From the NCBI GenBank assembly GCA_965224245.1, contig OZ245046.1, forward strand, positions 5,856,001 to 5,920,000: a stretch of DNA of 64,000 bases, read 5' to 3'. A program made the position numbers and the translations under genes. The notes beneath the pieces were generated by a model that was given only the letters and a program-made list of their open reading frames with translations, was not told the origin of the DNA and did no database searches. This DNA comes from Candidatus Eiseniibacteriota bacterium. Lineage in GTDB: Bacteria; Eisenbacteria; RBG-16-71-46; CAZAMP01. Shown piece by piece: positions 41,860 to 51,993 of the stretch (its first letter is position 1; every line of letters begins with the position of its first letter).

Positions 41860-43035
41860 CTAGCTCAGGATCCTCGGCAGGTGAGCGGGAATCCGCGTCA
41901 CGACCTCGTAGTTGATCGTGTCGCACCAGCGGGCGAGATCGTCCGCGCGGATCTCCTCGTCCCCCTGAACGCCGAGGAGACACGCCTCGTCGCCGACGCG
42001 CGCGTCGGGGATGTGCGTGACGTCGATCATGCACATGTTCATGCACACCCGCCCCCGGACCGGTGCTCGCTCGCCGCGCACCAGGACGTGCGCGCGGCCC
42101 GAGAGGCCGCGATCGTATCCTTCGTAGTACCCGATCGGCAGGATCGCGATCCGGCTGGGGACGCTCGTCCGGTAGGTCCGGCCGTAGCCGATGAACGCGC
42201 CCGCCGGCACGTCCTTGACCTCCGTCACGGTGGTGACCCAGCGGAGAGCCGGTCGCAGCTCGATCGGATGGTCCCGCTCGGTGCGATAGCTGAGAAGCGT
42301 CTCTCGGCTCGGCCAGAGGCCGTACAGTCCGATGCCGACGCGAACCATCTCCAGGTGCGTCTCGGGAAACAAGAGCGCGGCCGCGGTACACGCGATGTGG
42401 CGGGACGCGAACCGAACGCCGAGCGCCGACAGCTCCTTCTCGGCGGCCGTGAAAGCCCGCTTCTGGGAGTCGGCGTAGTCGTGCTCGAGCGTGTCCTCGA
42501 TGTTGGCGAAGTGCGTGGTCAGACCGACGGGCTCGAGACGATCCGGATGCCGGGTGATGGCGGCCGCGACGTCGGTGAACGTGGACGGCATCGCGCCCCG
42601 CCGATGCGTGCCCGTCTCGACCTTGAGGTGCGCCCGGGCCCGCGTGCCGGCCGCTCCGGCCGCCTCGGCCAGGCGATCCAGCTCCGCCGCCGTGGTCACG
42701 ACCACGTCCAGGTCGTGGGCCAGCACGTCGTCGTAGCGATCGGGGTCCACGAAGCCCATCACGAGCACGCGCACGTTCGGGAGGTGCCCGCGGAGCGCCA
42801 GCCCCTCCTCCAGCGAGTTGACCCCGTACCAGCTCACGTTCGAATCGCCGAGCGCGCCCAGCACCTGGACGAGCCCGTGCCCGTAGGCGTTCGACTTCAC
42901 CACGGGCATCACGTGACGGTCGTGGCCGGCCAGGAGCCGGAACAGCTCGAGGTTGTGAACGAGAGCGTCGCGGCTCACGTAGACGCGCGTCAGGGCTTCC
43001 AGGATCTCCTCCAGTCTCCGCGCCGGTGGTGGCAT
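41860..43035 (-). CDS. alr: Alanine racemase (start approximate)
   Basis: VVKSNAYGHG PLP-lysine motif, HLKVETG, VRVGIGLYG, IGYGRTY, GRVCMN, TINYE. Confidence 0.95.
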   Translation of the reverse strand: MPPPARRLEEILEALTRVYVSRDALVHNLELFRLLAGHDRHVMPVVKSNAYGHGLVQVLGALGDSNVSWYGVNSLEEGLALRGHLPNVRVLVMGFVDPDRYDDVLAHDLDVVVTTAAELDRLAEAAGAAGTRARAHLKVETGTHRRGAMPSTFTDVAAAITRHPDRLEPVGLTTHFANIEDTLEHDYADSQKRAFTAAEKELSALGVRFASRHIACTAAALLFPETHLEMVRVGIGLYGLWPSRETLLSYRTERDHPIELRPALRWVTTVTEVKDVPAGAFIGYGRTYRTSVPSRIAILPIGYYEGYDRGLSGRAHVLVRGERAPVRGRVCMNMCMIDVTHIPDARVGDEACLLGVQGDEEIRADDLARWCDTINYEVVTRIPAHLPRILS

Positions 43036-43246
43036 CTCGGGGCGCAGTCTAGCGTCCGGCGACGGTCGTGTCTCTGTTCGATGCCGTCGTGCATGACGCC
43101 TGGACCGCGCCCGCGCGGGGTGGCCGCAATCGCGCACCCGGCGGTGCATCCCCGCCATCTCGATCCTCGGGCGCGCCCCCGGCACCGGGAGTCCGATCGA
43201 TTGAGGGTGATCGCCGGAACACCTCTCACGCGGACGGGAAGCACCG

Positions 43247-44251
43247 ATGCTCTACTCCCAACATCTCGTCGACCACTTCCGGTCACGGCTCGTGGGCCAG
43301 GATCTCGCGATCCGCGAGATGGTGCGCGCGCTGACGGTGGCGCGCTCGGGACTCCACGCCCGCACCGGTCCGCTGGGCGCGTTCATGTTCCTGGGTCCGA
43401 CCGGTACCGGAAAGACGACGCTGGCCCGGGCCGTGGCCACCGAGCTGTTCGGACGCCCCGAGCTGGTGATCAACCTCGGCGTGTCCTCGGCGAGCTCGGC
43501 CGTGAACCTGATCGAGTCGCTCGGCTTCCACGTCGAGCGCTGCGGCGGACTCGTCACGGCCAGCGACACCGAGGGCCGCGCGCGCCGGCTCGTGCACGCG
43601 GTGGTCATCATCGAGGACTACCTCGACGCCGAGGCCGAGATCGGGCGAATGCTGTGCCAGCTCATCGACGACGCGGCGCTGCCGCTCGGCGGAGGCGACG
43701 TGCTGGACCTCTCGCGCGTCGTCTTCGTGTTCGAGTCCCGCGAGTGCACCGATCAGCTGGACGAGCTGGCGCGCTCGTCGTCGCGGATTGGATTCCACGA
43801 TCGACCCGATGCGCACGACCTGGATGCCAACGACGAGGTCGACGAGAAGCTCTACCTCGCCGCGCGCAAGCAGATCGAGTCCGAGTTTCCCTCGGAGTTC
43901 GTGGGGCGACTGGATCGCGTGATCGTCTTCAAACGCCTGCGTCCGGAGCATCTGGCCTTGCTCGTGGACCGGCAGGTGGCGGAGATCGAGAGCGGACTGG
44001 CGGCGCGCGGTCTGCCCGGGGTACGGCTGCGCCTGGAGGAGCCGCTTCGCGAGCACCTGCTCGGCAAGGCCCAGCGTCGGCTGCATCTCGGCGCGCGTCC
44101 GCTCCTGCGCAACGTGCGCAAGTACGTTCTGTTCCCGGTGGCCGATCTGGTCGCGTCCGGTGCCATCGTGCCAAACGTCGACGTCCGGCTGGACATCGCC
44201 GGCGGACGATCGATCGCACGGGTGCGTGCATCCAACGTGGACGCGGCCTGA
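43247..44251 (+). CDS. Stand-alone ClpA/B/C second-AAA+-module (D2)-like protein, degenerate
   Basis: LVGQD, FMFLGPTGTGKT, IGF, EFVGRLDRVIVF, GARPL; Walker B reads VIIEDY. Confidence 0.82.
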   Translation: MLYSQHLVDHFRSRLVGQDLAIREMVRALTVARSGLHARTGPLGAFMFLGPTGTGKTTLARAVATELFGRPELVINLGVSSASSAVNLIESLGFHVERCGGLVTASDTEGRARRLVHAVVIIEDYLDAEAEIGRMLCQLIDDAALPLGGGDVLDLSRVVFVFESRECTDQLDELARSSSRIGFHDRPDAHDLDANDEVDEKLYLAARKQIESEFPSEFVGRLDRVIVFKRLRPEHLALLVDRQVAEIESGLAARGLPGVRLRLEEPLREHLLGKAQRRLHLGARPLLRNVRKYVLFPVADLVASGAIVPNVDVRLDIAGGRSIARVRASNVDAA

Positions 44252-44267
44252 GCGCGAGGTCCGGTGG

Positions 44268-45071
44268 TCACCCCTCGCGGCGCGCGTGAGCGCGGGCGGT
44301 CAGGCGTCGTGCCAGACCCTCGAGCCGTTCGAGACACTCGGGCGTCCGGAACGCCGCGAGCTGGGCGGCCTCCTCGTTCGCGAGAGCCCGCCGTAGCGGC
44401 GCCTCCGCGCGCGCCGCGTGCTCGCGCTTGATGCTGGAGACGACCGCCTCGGTCACGTCGACCAGGCGAGCCGCCAACGTACCCGGCTCGCGCTCGACCG
44501 CGTGGGGCGGCACCACCCGGTCCACCACGCGGAGCTTCGCGGCGTCGTGAGCGTCGACGACACGCCCCGACCAGAGTAGATCCTGTGCGATCGCGCGCCC
44601 GCAGCGCGCGGCCAGCGTGTGCGTGAGTCCCAGGTCCGGATGCAGCCCCAGACGAACCTGCGTGGCGCCCAGGGTGGCGCGTGGCGTCGCGATGACCACG
44701 TCGCACGCGAGCGCCAGACCCAGGCCCGCACCGGCGGCGGGGCCGTTCACGAGCGCCAGAATCGGCTTCGGGCATTCGATGGCCAGGCGGGCCACGACGT
44801 CGTGTGCGGATCGAACGAGGCGCGCGAAGCCGTTCCAATCGCGGCGGCGCCGGAGCTCGATGAGATCGGTCAGATCGAGTCCGGTGCTGAACGCCCGTGA
44901 CGCCCCCTCCAGCGCGATCACGCGCGCGTCCGAATCGGACGCGCGATGCAGCGCGGCCAGCAGCTCGGTCAGCGTGTCGCCGCACAGCGCGTTGTGGCGC
45001 TCCGGACGGTCGATGACGATGCGCGTGCACGGACCGTCGCGGCGCATGAGAACGCTGGACGTCGCGGGCAT
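44268..45071 (-). CDS. Enoyl-CoA hydratase/isomerase family protein (PaaG-like)
   Basis: RPERHNAL, FSTGLDL, KPILALVNGPAAGAG, LACD, GLHPD; lacks both crotonase Glu residues. Confidence 0.88.
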   Translation of the reverse strand: MPATSSVLMRRDGPCTRIVIDRPERHNALCGDTLTELLAALHRASDSDARVIALEGASRAFSTGLDLTDLIELRRRRDWNGFARLVRSAHDVVARLAIECPKPILALVNGPAAGAGLGLALACDVVIATPRATLGATQVRLGLHPDLGLTHTLAARCGRAIAQDLLWSGRVVDAHDAAKLRVVDRVVPPHAVEREPGTLAARLVDVTEAVVSSIKREHAARAEAPLRRALANEEAAQLAAFRTPECLERLEGLARRLTARAHARREG

Positions 45072-45511
45072 CTCGGACCTCCCGTCACCGAGCAACGGCG
45101 AGACGACGGCGGCGAGCCGGATCACGCGGGGCGCCTGGGACCGAGGGTGAGGCGCGAGGAGGGATCGAGCGCACGAACGTGGCCGGTCGGACCCGCCGAC
45201 GGAGGGACTGGGCTGGGTTCCACCTGACGTCACGCTAGCACCGGCCCAGGGAGAGGTCAACGGCCGGGCCGCGATGCCGGGGATCGACCAGGGAAGCAAG
45301 TTCCCTGGCCCGCCGGGGCCGACGGCTCGACGTTCAGATCCGGCGGCGCATCCCCGACGTATTGCGTACGGCGGGGCCGTCCCCGGTGGATGCGGGACGC
45401 CTCGCGGACGGGTTACACTCATCGGACTCGCCCCTCCGATCACGACGCGCGCCGGCGGCCCGGCCCGTTCCGCCGAGAGGCACGCCCGGTCCACCACGAG
45501 GACGACGATCG

Positions 45512-47638
45512 ATGGAAGCTCACGAACGAAAGCGGACACCCCGGCCTGCACCCGAGCCGATCCCGATCACATCGCTCGAGGATCCCTCGCTCTACTTCAA
45601 TCGGGAGCTCAGCCGCGTGTGGTTCTACTTCCGCGTGCTGGATCAGGCCCGGGACGCGAACGTCCCGCTCCTGGAGCGCGTCCGGTTCCTGACCATCTCC
45701 AGCGCGATCCTCGACGAGTTCTTCGAAATCCGTGTCGCGGGTCTCGAGGAGCAGGTCGCGATGGGCATCTCGAAGCCCGGCGCCGACGGGCTCACCGCCA
45801 CCGCGACGCTGGAGCAGATCCGCACGCTCGTCGTACGGCTGGTGGCCGAGCAATACGAGACGCTCGACCAAGAGCTCTTGCCCGCGCTGCGCGACGAGGG
45901 GATCGACGTCCGCTTCGCCGACCGGTGGACAAAGGCCGAGGTCGAGTGGCTTCGCCGGTACTTCGATGCCGAGGTCCTGCCGGTGCTGACCCCCGTGGGG
46001 CTCGACCCCGCGCACCCGTTCCCGAAGATCCTGAACAAGAGCCTCAACTTCCTGGTGACGCTGGAGGGCAAGGATGCGTTCGGGAGACGGGGCGGACGCG
46101 CCGTCATCCAGGCGCCGCGGCTCTTGCCGCGACTGGTCCGCGTGCCCGACGACGTGAGCCACGACGCCACCGTGATCGTCCCCCTGGTCAGCATCATCGA
46201 GGCCTTCGTGGGCGAGCTCTTCCCGGGCATGAAGGTGCGCGACTGCCACCAGTTCCGCGTCACGCGCAACAGCGATCTCTGGATCGAAGAGGAGGAGGTC
46301 GACGATCTCCTGAGCGCGCTGCAGGGCGAGCTCGCGGGGCGGCACTACGCGCACGCGGTCCGACTCGAGGTGGATGCCGAGATCGGTGACGACGTCCTGG
46401 AGTTTCTGTGTTCCCGGTTCCAGCTCCACGAGGCCGACGTCTACCGGGTCGAGGGCCCGGTGAACCTGAGCCGTTTCTCGTCCCTGCTGGATCTCGTCGA
46501 CCGGCCCGCGCTCAAGTATCCTCCGTTCAAGCCGGGGCTCCCCGGCAAGCTCAACGCCCGGTCCAAGGATCTCTTCTCGATCATCCGCGACCGGGATCTC
46601 CTCCTCCATCATCCGTATCAGAGCTTCGCGCCGGTGCTCGAGCTCCTGCACGAGGCGGCGCGCGATCCCAACGTGCTGGCCATCAAGCAGACCGTCTATC
46701 GCACCGGGATGGCGTCGGCGGTCGGTCGGGCGCTTCTGGAGGCGGCGCGCGCGGGCAAGGAGGTCACCGCGGTCGTCGAGCTCCGGGCCCGGTTCGACGA
46801 GGCCGCCAACATCAAGCTCGCGTCGGATCTCCAGGAGGCGGGGGCGAAGGTCGTGTACGGCGTCGTCGGCTTCAAGGCGCACGGCAAGATGCTGATGATC
46901 GTGCGCCGCGAGGGCGACCGCCTCCGGCGCTACGTGCACCTCGGCACCGGAAACTACAACGACGTCACCGCGCGCCAGTACACCGACTTCAGCCTCATCA
47001 CCGCCGACGACGAGATCGGCGAGGACACGCACGCGCTCTTCCAGCAGCTCACCGGGCTCGGGAAGGTGCGCAGGCTGAAGAAGCTCCATCAGACCCCGTT
47101 CGGGCTTCACGACACGCTTCTCGAACGGATCGAGCTCGAGATCGAAGAGGCCAACGCCGGCCGCCCGGCCCGCATCGCGGCGAAGATGAACTCGCTGATC
47201 GAGACCGACATCATCCGCGCGCTGTACCGTGCCTCGCGCGCGGGCGTCCAGGTCGACCTGGTCGTGCGGGGGATCTGCTGCCTTCGCCCCGGCGTGCCCG
47301 GTGTGTCGGAGAACATCCGCGTGCGGTCGGTTCTCGGTCGCTTCCTCGAGCATCACCGCGTGTTTCACTTTCACGCGGCCGGCGAGAAGGTGATCATGTG
47401 CTCCAGCGCCGACTGGATGCCCCGCAACTTCTTCAAGCGGGTCGAGGTCGCGTTCCCGATAGAGGCGCGAAAGCTCAAACGTCGCCTCATCGACGAGGGT
47501 CTCGACGTGTACTTCCGGGACAACTGCCAGGCCTACGAGATGGGAGCAGAGGGCCAGTACACCCGAGAGGATCCCGGCGCCGAGCCCCGCTGGTCGGCCC
47601 AGGAATCGCTGCTCGACGCGCTCGCCGACTGGACCTGA
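45512..47638 (+). CDS. ppk1: Polyphosphate kinase 1
   Basis: YFNRELS, LDEFFEIRVAGL, HPFP, LLHHPYQSF, ELRARFDE, HLGTGNYN, GRFLEH, SSADWMPRN. Confidence 0.97.
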   Translation: MEAHERKRTPRPAPEPIPITSLEDPSLYFNRELSRVWFYFRVLDQARDANVPLLERVRFLTISSAILDEFFEIRVAGLEEQVAMGISKPGADGLTATATLEQIRTLVVRLVAEQYETLDQELLPALRDEGIDVRFADRWTKAEVEWLRRYFDAEVLPVLTPVGLDPAHPFPKILNKSLNFLVTLEGKDAFGRRGGRAVIQAPRLLPRLVRVPDDVSHDATVIVPLVSIIEAFVGELFPGMKVRDCHQFRVTRNSDLWIEEEEVDDLLSALQGELAGRHYAHAVRLEVDAEIGDDVLEFLCSRFQLHEADVYRVEGPVNLSRFSSLLDLVDRPALKYPPFKPGLPGKLNARSKDLFSIIRDRDLLLHHPYQSFAPVLELLHEAARDPNVLAIKQTVYRTGMASAVGRALLEAARAGKEVTAVVELRARFDEAANIKLASDLQEAGAKVVYGVVGFKAHGKMLMIVRREGDRLRRYVHLGTGNYNDVTARQYTDFSLITADDEIGEDTHALFQQLTGLGKVRRLKKLHQTPFGLHDTLLERIELEIEEANAGRPARIAAKMNSLIETDIIRALYRASRAGVQVDLVVRGICCLRPGVPGVSENIRVRSVLGRFLEHHRVFHFHAAGEKVIMCSSADWMPRNFFKRVEVAFPIEARKLKRRLIDEGLDVYFRDNCQAYEMGAEGQYTREDPGAEPRWSAQESLLDALADWT

Positions 47639-47641
47639 CGG

Positions 47642-49198
47642 TCAGCTCGAACCCGGTGCGTCACCCACCTGGGCATTGCTCTCGACCACGAGGCGCGTGC
47701 CCACCGCATCCAGCCACTTGGCCTCGGCGCGGAGATCGCCGGCCGTGAGGGGATGCTCGTCCAGCCAGCCCGGCGGAAACTCGACCGTGAGCGTGTCGGG
47801 GTCGCGTAGCGCGATGACTGGTGGCGTCTGGTCGGTCCGGCTCCGGCACAGGAGCGCGCTCAGCCGGAAGAGGATGGCCAGCCGCATCGCGAACGCGTGT
47901 CGCTGCCGGGGGATGTCGCCGAAGGGGAGGCGGGAGATCCCCCGCCGGTGATTGTGGATGAGCATCGCCAGGAGCGCCTGGTCGTCGGCGCTGAAGCCGG
48001 GCATGTGAGAGTGCCGTACCAGGTACGCGCCGTGCTTGTGGTAGCCCGAGTATGAGAGCGCCAGGCCGATCTCGTGCAGGGAGGACGCCCAGGCCAGGAA
48101 CCGCTCGGCCACGTCGTGCGGCATGTCGGGCGTGTCGGGCAGCTGAGCCAGGAGCGCGCTGGAGAAGGCCTGGAGCCGGTCGGCCTGATCCACGTCGACG
48201 CCGTATCGACGCATGAAGCGCTGGATCGTCCGTTCGCGAACGTCCTGACGCTGCAGGCGGCCGAGGAGGTCGTAGATCACGCCCTCGCGGAGCGCGCCGC
48301 TGGCCCGCACGAGCTCGTCGATCCCCAGGCTCTTGAACACCCCGATCAGAATGGCGAGCCCGCCCGCCAGCACCGGGGCCCGATCGGACTTGAGACCGTT
48401 CAGCGAGAGTCCGGCCGTGGAGCCGGCGTTGACCAGGAGACGGCGCAGCTTCTTCAACGCCGGAAGCGTGATCTCGCCCGCGGTGATCTCCTCCCCGCGC
48501 AGGATGTCGCTGATCGCGTTGATCGTGCCCGACGCACCGAGCGTCGAGCTCCAGCCGTGCTTGCGAAACGCGCCCTCGAGGCTCTGCAGCTCGCGCCGCG
48601 CCTCGGTCTCGGCCAGGCGAAACGCCTCGCGTTCGATCCGGCCCTTGGGGAAGTACCGGCGCGAGTAGCTCACGCAGCCCATGAACAGGCTGTGCGCCAG
48701 ATCGACGTCGTATCCCTCGCCGACGATGACCTCGGTGGAGCCGCCGCCGATGTCGATGACGAGCCGCCGGCCGTCCGCGCCGTGCAGGTGCGAGACACCC
48801 AGGTAGATGAGTCGCGCCTCTTCCTCGCCCCCGATGACCTCGATCGGGTGGCCGAGCGCCCGGGCCGCCCCCTCACGGAACGCGTCGTCGTGGCGCGCCT
48901 GCCGCAGCGTGTTGGTCCCGACCGCGCGCACGAACCGGGGGCTCAGTGAGCCGAGACGCTGCCCGAACCGCCCCAGGCAATCGATCGCACGGGCGCGCGC
49001 CTTCTCCGAGAGCGTGTGTTCGTGCGTCAGCCCGGCGGCCAGCCGGACCGGCTCCTTCAGGCGATCGATGACGTAGAGCCCATCCGGGGTGGCCCTGGCG
49101 ATGATCAGGTGGAAGCTGTTGGAGCCCAGGTCGACCGCCGCCACCGTCTCGGTGTCGGTGGGCTGCTCGGTCGTATCGGCGTCGGAGAAGGGGCTCAT
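47642..49198 (-). CDS. ppx: Exopolyphosphatase Ppx/GppA
   Basis: DLGSNSFHL, GEEEARLIYLGV, DIGGGSTE, ALREG, LHEIG. Confidence 0.95.
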   Translation of the reverse strand: MSPFSDADTTEQPTDTETVAAVDLGSNSFHLIIARATPDGLYVIDRLKEPVRLAAGLTHEHTLSEKARARAIDCLGRFGQRLGSLSPRFVRAVGTNTLRQARHDDAFREGAARALGHPIEVIGGEEEARLIYLGVSHLHGADGRRLVIDIGGGSTEVIVGEGYDVDLAHSLFMGCVSYSRRYFPKGRIEREAFRLAETEARRELQSLEGAFRKHGWSSTLGASGTINAISDILRGEEITAGEITLPALKKLRRLLVNAGSTAGLSLNGLKSDRAPVLAGGLAILIGVFKSLGIDELVRASGALREGVIYDLLGRLQRQDVRERTIQRFMRRYGVDVDQADRLQAFSSALLAQLPDTPDMPHDVAERFLAWASSLHEIGLALSYSGYHKHGAYLVRHSHMPGFSADDQALLAMLIHNHRRGISRLPFGDIPRQRHAFAMRLAILFRLSALLCRSRTDQTPPVIALRDPDTLTVEFPPGWLDEHPLTAGDLRAEAKWLDAVGTRLVVESNAQVGDAPGSS

Positions 49199-49722
49199 GT
49201 GCCGACGTCACGCCCGAGCGAACGCAACGCGCGCGCCCCCAGAAGCCACAGGAGTCGCCCCGTGCCCGGTCGCGGGGTCTCGAACTCGATGGCCGCGGCG
49301 CCCGCCTTCTTGAGGTGCGTGAACGTGCGGGTCGCACCCACCGCGGCGGCCAGGAACACGTCGAGCTGAGGGGCGTGGCCGGTACACACGACGTGCTCGG
49401 TACGAGCGTTCACCCCGGCGGTCTGGTGCGTCAGATCGTCGAACAGACGCTCGGGCTCGGCGTCGAACAGGAGGCTGTCGGTCTCGTGCACGCGCGTGTC
49501 ACCGAGACCCAGCATCGCGCGGGCGATCTCCGCGGTCTCGACGGCGCGCCGGTACGGACTGGTCAGGATCAGGTCGGGCAGGAGTCCCATCGCACGAAGC
49601 CCGAGGGCGGACCGCCGCGTCCGCCTCACGCCCTTCGGCGTGAGCGCCCGCTCGGCATCCGGGGGGCAGTCCGGCGCGAGGCGGTCGTGGGCGATACCGT
49701 GTCGGAAGAGACAGACGATCAC
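49195..49722 (-). CDS. sixA: Phosphohistidine phosphatase SixA-like
   Basis: RHG, RALTPKG, TSPYRRAVETAEI, GHAP, KKAG. Confidence 0.88.
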   Translation of the reverse strand: MIVCLFRHGIAHDRLAPDCPPDAERALTPKGVRRTRRSALGLRAMGLLPDLILTSPYRRAVETAEIARAMLGLGDTRVHETDSLLFDAEPERLFDDLTHQTAGVNARTEHVVCTGHAPQLDVFLAAAVGATRTFTHLKKAGAAAIEFETPRPGTGRLLWLLGARALRSLGRDVGT

Positions 49723-49766
49723 GCGTGAACCTCTCGAGGATGGGTTGCGAACGCCGTCGGACCGCG

Positions 49767-51461
49767 CTACTCGTGCGGCTCGGCCGTTGCGTCGCCACCG
49801 GCGGGCTCGCCGTCGGTCGTCGCGTCCACATCGACGTCGTCACGCGTCGCCCGCCGCCGCGGCACCCGGAACGCCAGCGCCATCGCCTTCTCATACCGCC
49901 TGGCCATCTGTGCTTGCAAGCGTGACCATCGTGCGCCGGCGAGTTTCGGGTACTCGGCCCGGAAGCGCCCGCGCAGCCGTTCGGCCTGTCGTTCGTATCG
50001 TTCGACGAGTCGCCCGATCACGAACGCCGTGCCCGGGGAGACCGGCTCGTCGGTGCGGAGCGCCTCGGACGTGAGCCACTCCACGGCGACGTCGGCGTCC
50101 TGGTGCAGCCCCAGGATCTCCTGAAGCGCCACCAGGCGGCGGAGAAAGCGCTCGGCGGGGCGTCCGTAGAGCTCGCGGTGAAACTCGATCGCGTAGCGCA
50201 GCGCCTTCGCGCGAATGCGCACGCGATGGTAGTCGGCGGCCGGTGAGGACCGGCGGAGGCGGTTTCCGGGCTTGATCACGCGGGTGAACCGGCGGGTGAT
50301 GACGGCCGGAGCCACCAGCAGGACCGGGGCCTCCGCGGCCCCGTAGCCGCTCACGGGGGACGTGAGCACGTCGGTGAAGTCGGCCACGAGGCGCTGGTAG
50401 CGGGGGGCGTCGAGGCCCTCCAGCATGCGCGTGCGGGCGATCCCGCGGCGGCGAGTCAGGCGCGCCGCGAGCTCGTCGAACGCGCCCGTGCGGTCCTCGG
50501 TGTCGTGCCGCCAGGCGTCGAGCTGCTCGAGCTGGACGTCGAGATCGCGCACCTCGCCCAGCAACGCGGCCACCCATCGGAGCTCGTCCCGCCACTCCAG
50601 CACGGCGTCGGGCAGGAACGGCTCGAAGAGCTGGATGGCCGCCCGCAGCCGGCGGAGCGCGACGCGCATGTCGTGCAGCTCCTCGGGATCGTCGCCGAGC
50701 CGGGTGCCAGGCTCGTGCCGGCGCCACTTCAGGAACTGGGCGCGGAAGACGGCCATGGACGCCGCGAGCGCGGTGTCGTCGGCGTCGACCCGGGTCGGGC
50801 CGAGATCGGGCTCGCCCGGCGCGGCCACGTTCGCGTCTGCATACAACCGGCCGTGGGTGACCGATCGTTCCTCGTCGTCGAGCAGCCCGACGAGTCGCCG
50901 CGCCAGCTTCAGTGCGAAGGACTGGTCTCCGGCGTTGACGCGGACGCGGGCCCGTCCGGCGGCGGTGGGGTCGACGTGGTGACGCACGCAGACGATCTCG
51001 GCCAGCGCGCGTCCGGCCCGCCGGAGCGCCCACCGGGTCTGCGTCGCGTGCACGTCGAAGATCGGGACCAGGGGCGCGGCTCCGCGCACGGCGTGGATCC
51101 GGTCTCCCAGTGGGCCCTCCGCCCGCTCCAGGAGCTCGATCTCGTCGGGCGGGCGCGAGCCGTCCGTCTTCACGTCCACCGTCAGCTCGGCGGGGGAGCC
51201 CAGCGAGTCGGTGAGCGACGCCATCGCGATCTCGAGACCCCCGGCGCGCCGGCGGACGGAGAGCGCGTGCCCCGCGCGATGGAGACGCCAGTCGGCGGTG
51301 TCGTAGTAGGTCTCGGTGTGGCCGGTCTGGCTCACGCCAGCCAGCTCGGCATCCTCCTCGGAGCCGATGCGACGGAGCTCGGCCGCCAGCCGGGACTCCA
51401 CCGCACCGAGCGACGCCGGCTGGGCGCTGCTGAAGGGTCGGGCCGTGTGGGCGTCTGACAT
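49767..51461 (-). CDS. CYTH-like plus CHAD domain protein
   Basis: YYDTADWRL; EELHDMRVALRRLR, LGEVRDLDV, HRVRIRAKALRY, LQEILGLHQD. Confidence 0.9.
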   Translation of the reverse strand: MSDAHTARPFSSAQPASLGAVESRLAAELRRIGSEEDAELAGVSQTGHTETYYDTADWRLHRAGHALSVRRRAGGLEIAMASLTDSLGSPAELTVDVKTDGSRPPDEIELLERAEGPLGDRIHAVRGAAPLVPIFDVHATQTRWALRRAGRALAEIVCVRHHVDPTAAGRARVRVNAGDQSFALKLARRLVGLLDDEERSVTHGRLYADANVAAPGEPDLGPTRVDADDTALAASMAVFRAQFLKWRRHEPGTRLGDDPEELHDMRVALRRLRAAIQLFEPFLPDAVLEWRDELRWVAALLGEVRDLDVQLEQLDAWRHDTEDRTGAFDELAARLTRRRGIARTRMLEGLDAPRYQRLVADFTDVLTSPVSGYGAAEAPVLLVAPAVITRRFTRVIKPGNRLRRSSPAADYHRVRIRAKALRYAIEFHRELYGRPAERFLRRLVALQEILGLHQDADVAVEWLTSEALRTDEPVSPGTAFVIGRLVERYERQAERLRGRFRAEYPKLAGARWSRLQAQMARRYEKAMALAFRVPRRRATRDDVDVDATTDGEPAGGDATAEPHE

Positions 51462-51568
51462 CGCGGGTGACTCGGCTTCTCGGAGGATCGAGTGATCGCG
51501 CGGGGGCGCGGAGCATGCTCAGGATAACACGCTCGCCCGGTCGTCCCCCCCGGCGGGGCCCGGGCCGG

Positions 51569-51991
51569 TCAGCGCCGGGCGTCCGACGGAAAGCGGGTGC
51601 CGTCGGGGGCGACGCCCCACTTCCAGATCGGCACGTCTTCCTTGAGTCGGCGGACGAAGGCGTCCAGCGCGTCGATGGCCTCGCGCCGATGGCCCGATCG
51701 GATCGTCACCCGCAGCGACGCCTCCCCGAGCGGCACCTCGCCCACCCGGTGCAGGCACGACAGCTCCAGAAGGCCGTGCTCGGCGACGATCTCGCGCGCG
51801 AGCGCATCCAGGGACCGTTCGGCCATCTCGAGATAGTGCTCGTAGAACAGCGCCCGGATCTCGCGTCCGCCCTCGCCGGCCCGCACGCGGCCGTGGAAGA
51901 TCAGCTCGGCCCCCGCGTCGGGACGCGACGACAGCTCGGGCTCCGGCAGGGGCCCGGAAACCAGACGCACGTTCACGACGGCGCTCGGCAC
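51569..51991 (-). CDS. moaE: Molybdopterin synthase catalytic subunit (GTG start at 51991 or 51976)
   Basis: GAELIFHGRVR, LFYEHY, HRVG, HRREA, LKEDVPIWK. Confidence 0.92.
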   Translation of the reverse strand: MPSAVVNVRLVSGPLPEPELSSRPDAGAELIFHGRVRAGEGGREIRALFYEHYLEMAERSLDALAREIVAEHGLLELSCLHRVGEVPLGEASLRVTIRSGHRREAIDALDAFVRRLKEDVPIWKWGVAPDGTRFPSDARR

Positions 51992-51993
51992 GG

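Noticed and set aside
45072-45511. Long intergenic region before ppk1 as a possible ncRNA or Pho box; likewise 41563-41859 and 35973-36269
   Set aside because: Only generic GC-rich hairpins; no recognisable RNA family or 11-bp direct repeat
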